Shown: piece after piece, positions 61,101-64,000 of the stretch
How the letters are laid out: every line of letters starts with the position of its first letter
Position numbering within the stretch: position 1 is the stretch's first letter
Source of the DNA: Phaeosaccion multiseriatum
Taxonomy: Eukaryota; Protista; Ochrophyta, other classes
Direction: 5' to 3'
Length of the DNA stretch: 64,000 nt
Assembly: GCA_965112735.1 (NCBI GenBank)
Contig: OZ218957.1
Location: 1,674,001-1,738,000, forward strand
Translations under genes and position numbers: made by a program
Notes under the pieces: model-generated
The model's database searches: none
Told to the model about the DNA's origin: nothing
Seen by the model: only the letters and a program-made list of their open reading frames with translations

Positions 61101-64000
61101 GATCTCCTCTCTGGTGACGTCGTTGCCATTCTCGGGGTGCTCCTGCACCTGGGTTCTGGCGTACTCCCTGGCTGCTGTTGCTGCTGTGTTGATCTCTTCG
61201 AGGCTCTCGTCGACGTGCGCTTGCTGGAGGCGTCGAAAGGTCTCGTGTGTGGGAGGGAGGTGGCCGTCTCTGCTCTTTGTGCTGAGCCTCGCCGCGGCCT
61301 TGTGCAGGCCTCCGGGTTTGGTGAGCAGGTGGGCGCAGGTTTCTCTCCGTCGCTCCTCTGTCTGTGCCTGTGCTGGGGGTGGTGGGCGGCGTGCGTGTGC
61401 TGTGGCTATCGCTGCTTGTGCGAGTGGGGCGATGTCGAGGTCGAGGACCATCTGTATCCGCTGCTGGCGGCTGTAGGCTCCGTCTTTAGAGAAGAGCATG
61501 GCAGGGAGGAGGTGGTGGAAGACATCCCATGCCAGAAGGGTGTGGAGGGTGGCGTCGGTGGGTCCGTTCTTGTGGGCCCTCAGCGCCCTGTTCCAGTTGT
61601 TGAGCGCTCTTTGCTGTAAGCTGATAATCAAGCTTACGTGGCGGGGGTTGCACTGCGCTACTGTCTCAAACACGAGTGTTGAGAGGATGGTACCCTGCGG
61701 GTCCAGGGCCCCTAGGCGGAGGACGTTTGGGTGCTGCATGGGCCATCCTTCCTCGGGTGTATCGTCGTTGGCTGGCCCTTCTCCGTCCCCTCCGTCCCCG
61801 CCGCTACCTCCTTGGCCTCTGCTCCGTCCTCCTCCCCCTCGTCTCGCTGCTGCTGCTGTGGTTCCTTGCGTGCGTGTGCTATCTCCCCCTGCCCTTTCTC
61901 TCTGAGGTCCCCTCTCTGCTGCTGCTCCTTGTCCGTTTCCTTCCCCCCTCCCTCGTCCTCCTCTTCGTCCTTCTACTCCACTTGGCGCTGCTGCGATTGC
62001 TCCTCCTCCTCCTCCTCCTCCTTCCGCGTGCCCTCGCCCTCCTCCTCTGCCCGTGGGGGTGGTGGGTTGGTACGGGTTGAGCCTGGCCGTTGCTGTCGTG
62101 TGCTGGGGCGTTGCCGTACGCGACGGGTCCTCGTTTGGGTCTGGGCCTAGATAGGCGTTCTCGAGGTCGTTGAGGGGGCCTTGGTAGGCCGATGCTGCGT
62201 TGCCTTGGGTGAGGATGGTCCTGAGGGCGGGGATGGCTCGTTGAGCTTGGTAGCCAGCCATGCAGCCTTGCGCGGGGCAGGGGAGGTTGCCTGGTGGTAT
62301 GACGGGCTGCTGGTTGGCTCTCCTCAGTGTGGCTTGGTCGTTCAGGTGGTGAAGGAGGCACGCGGGGTGAACGGTGTGTTGGCAGCGTCGGGTGCGTACT
62401 GGCCACTCCGTGGTTGGTGCGATGAAAGGGGGGTCCGCGTCAGACATGCATATGCAGCATATCGGGGCTGGGGGGGCGGTAGGTTGGGGTGGGGGTGTGT
62501 GTCGGGTGGTGGGGGGTGGCTGGGACTGGCGGCGCCGTCCTTGGCTGGCCTGCGCGTGCTGCTGATGCGACTCTCTGCGCTCCCTCGCTAGGCGATCCCT
62601 TGCGCGGCCCATAGCTCTCCCTCCTTGTGCTGTGATGGCCTGCTCGATCGTGTGCCGGTAGCAGGGGTTGCGGCAGTAGGGGCAGAGGTGGTCGTTGCGG
62701 TTGGGGTACGTGCTCATGACTCCCAATGCGCAGTGGTTGTGCACGTGATGTTCGTCTTCGTGCATGGCGACTTGTGCTTGGCCAGTGAGCGGTTCCATAC
62801 ACACCGGGCAGTTGGGTAGCTCCTCGTTGTTGGTGGGGTCGCCTCCTCCTTCTGCTTCGTCACCTCCTCCCTCTGCTTGCCCTTCCCCTCCTTCTGCCGC
62901 TGCTTCCCGTGCCAGTGCTGGGCGCTCTCCTCCGCCTCTGCTGTTTTCGCCCTCTCCCCCCTGCTACTACTCTTCCGTCGCGGTCTCCTCGTCCCCCTCC
63001 CCTGTGTCCCGCTCGCTCTCCTCTCCCTTCTCCCTCCGGGTCGTGCTCCCGTGTAGTGTCTGTCCCACCTGCTCTTGTCGGTGGGGGCATGCTGCGAGCT
63101 CGTGGTGGGATGGTTGACGATGCCGGGAGGTGTGCTGCTTCGTATGCTCGTATGCATGTGTGGCATATGGGCTGCCGTAGGCCTGCTTGCGGGAAGCTTC
63201 TGAGGAGGGATCTGCCGGAGTTTCTGTGGGCCAGGTTGCCGCATCCACGTATACAGTCACGTAGCTGATACGTTCTGTTCTGTGGTCCGCTCTGTGGGCC
63301 GTTGGCGCGGTACCACAGGATTGACGCGGCCTGGGGGTGGTGTTCGCGCATCCATCGTTCCCACTCTCGGCCGCGGTTGGGGTGGTGGCTCAACTGGTGC
63401 CTGTTGAGGCGGTCTCTGGACCTGCCGACCGTGACGAAGGTGTCATTGCACTGTTCGAAGTTGCAGAGGACTCCCGTGGCGATGTAGTTGTTGTCAATGT
63501 TCCTGCGGTACGCTGTGGTGTTGTTGTGGGTGTCGTCCGTCTGTGGCGTGGTTGTGTCACTGTGGGTGGGGGTGTTGGCGGTCCTGGTGCGGTTCCCCGG
63601 GGGGCCTGCCTCGTGCGTAAGGCGAGGGCTTGCCCCGGCGCCCACCACGGTGTGGCCATGGTGTTGGCGAAGGGGGAGGTGGTGGTGTTGTTGGTGTGGT
63701 CGCGTAGGGCGTGGCCGTAGCGCTCAACGATGGCTTGGACGTCGGGTAATACCGCGATGAGTTCCTCCTGTCGTGAGGCGGTGATGTAGTCGTTGACCAA
63801 CTCGTTGGAGGTGATCTCTTGGCCTGCGAGCGTGTGGGCATAGGCCTCTACGATCTGTTGCCATCCAAGGGGGTAATCTCCTCCCCCATGTGGTCTTCCG
63901 GGGGTGGTGGGGGGGCCTCCGCTCCTTAGAGCTTGTCTGAGGAGGGGCATATAGAAGTGCGAGTTGGTAGGCGGGAGCGCCGCGTCGCGCTGGTGGCGTA
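58170..64000 (-). mobile_element. Retrotransposon copy B4 (over 5.8 kb; 5' end outside the window)
   Basis: Same 3' junction after GGGGTGTGAGA, and collinear with A1 to the window end. Confidence 0.95.

Larger units (their letters stand above)
46742..64000 (+). pseudogene. Host gene B: paralogous WRKY19-like zinc-finger repeat gene (at least 8 units), interrupted by 6 retrotransposon insertions; continues past the window end
   Basis: Repeat units at 46800-47045, 47121-47198, 47251-47340, 52486-52577 and 58088-58169. The 5' flank is homologous to that of gene A. No ATG start was identified. Confidence 0.78.

Overview
Eukaryotic, intron-rich DNA with microsatellite-filled GT-AG introns, probably a photosynthetic stramenopile (inferred from a bipartite-type presequence and the gene families present). 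Four ordinary spliced genes are present: an ML/NPC2-domain protein, a catalytically dead MPP-beta/core-1-like M16 protein, an RluA-family pseudouridine synthase, and a very large WW/IQ/TPR protein. There is also one small MITE and a foldback MITE cluster. About half of the window is one young, ~6.7-kb, single-ORF non-LTR retrotransposon with CRE-clade-type motifs (C2H2 finger, two RING-like fingers, RT, CCHC, restriction-like endonuclease, no poly(A) tail). It occurs 9 times: 2 full length, 6 5'-truncated (down to 52 bp) and 1 cut off by the window end. Every copy sits antisense, within 2 nt of the same position (GGG TGT GAG A^AG^), in a 75-bp protein-coding tandem repeat encoding WRKY19-like C-x4-C-x7-G-L-C-x2-H-G fingers, in two paralogous host genes. 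Most copies have target-site duplications. This looks like a sequence-specific retrotransposon that targets a zinc-finger coding repeat rather than rRNA, snRNA, SL-RNA or telomeric DNA. Its ends carry splice-site-like signals that may let it be expressed from, or spliced out of, surrounding transcripts.
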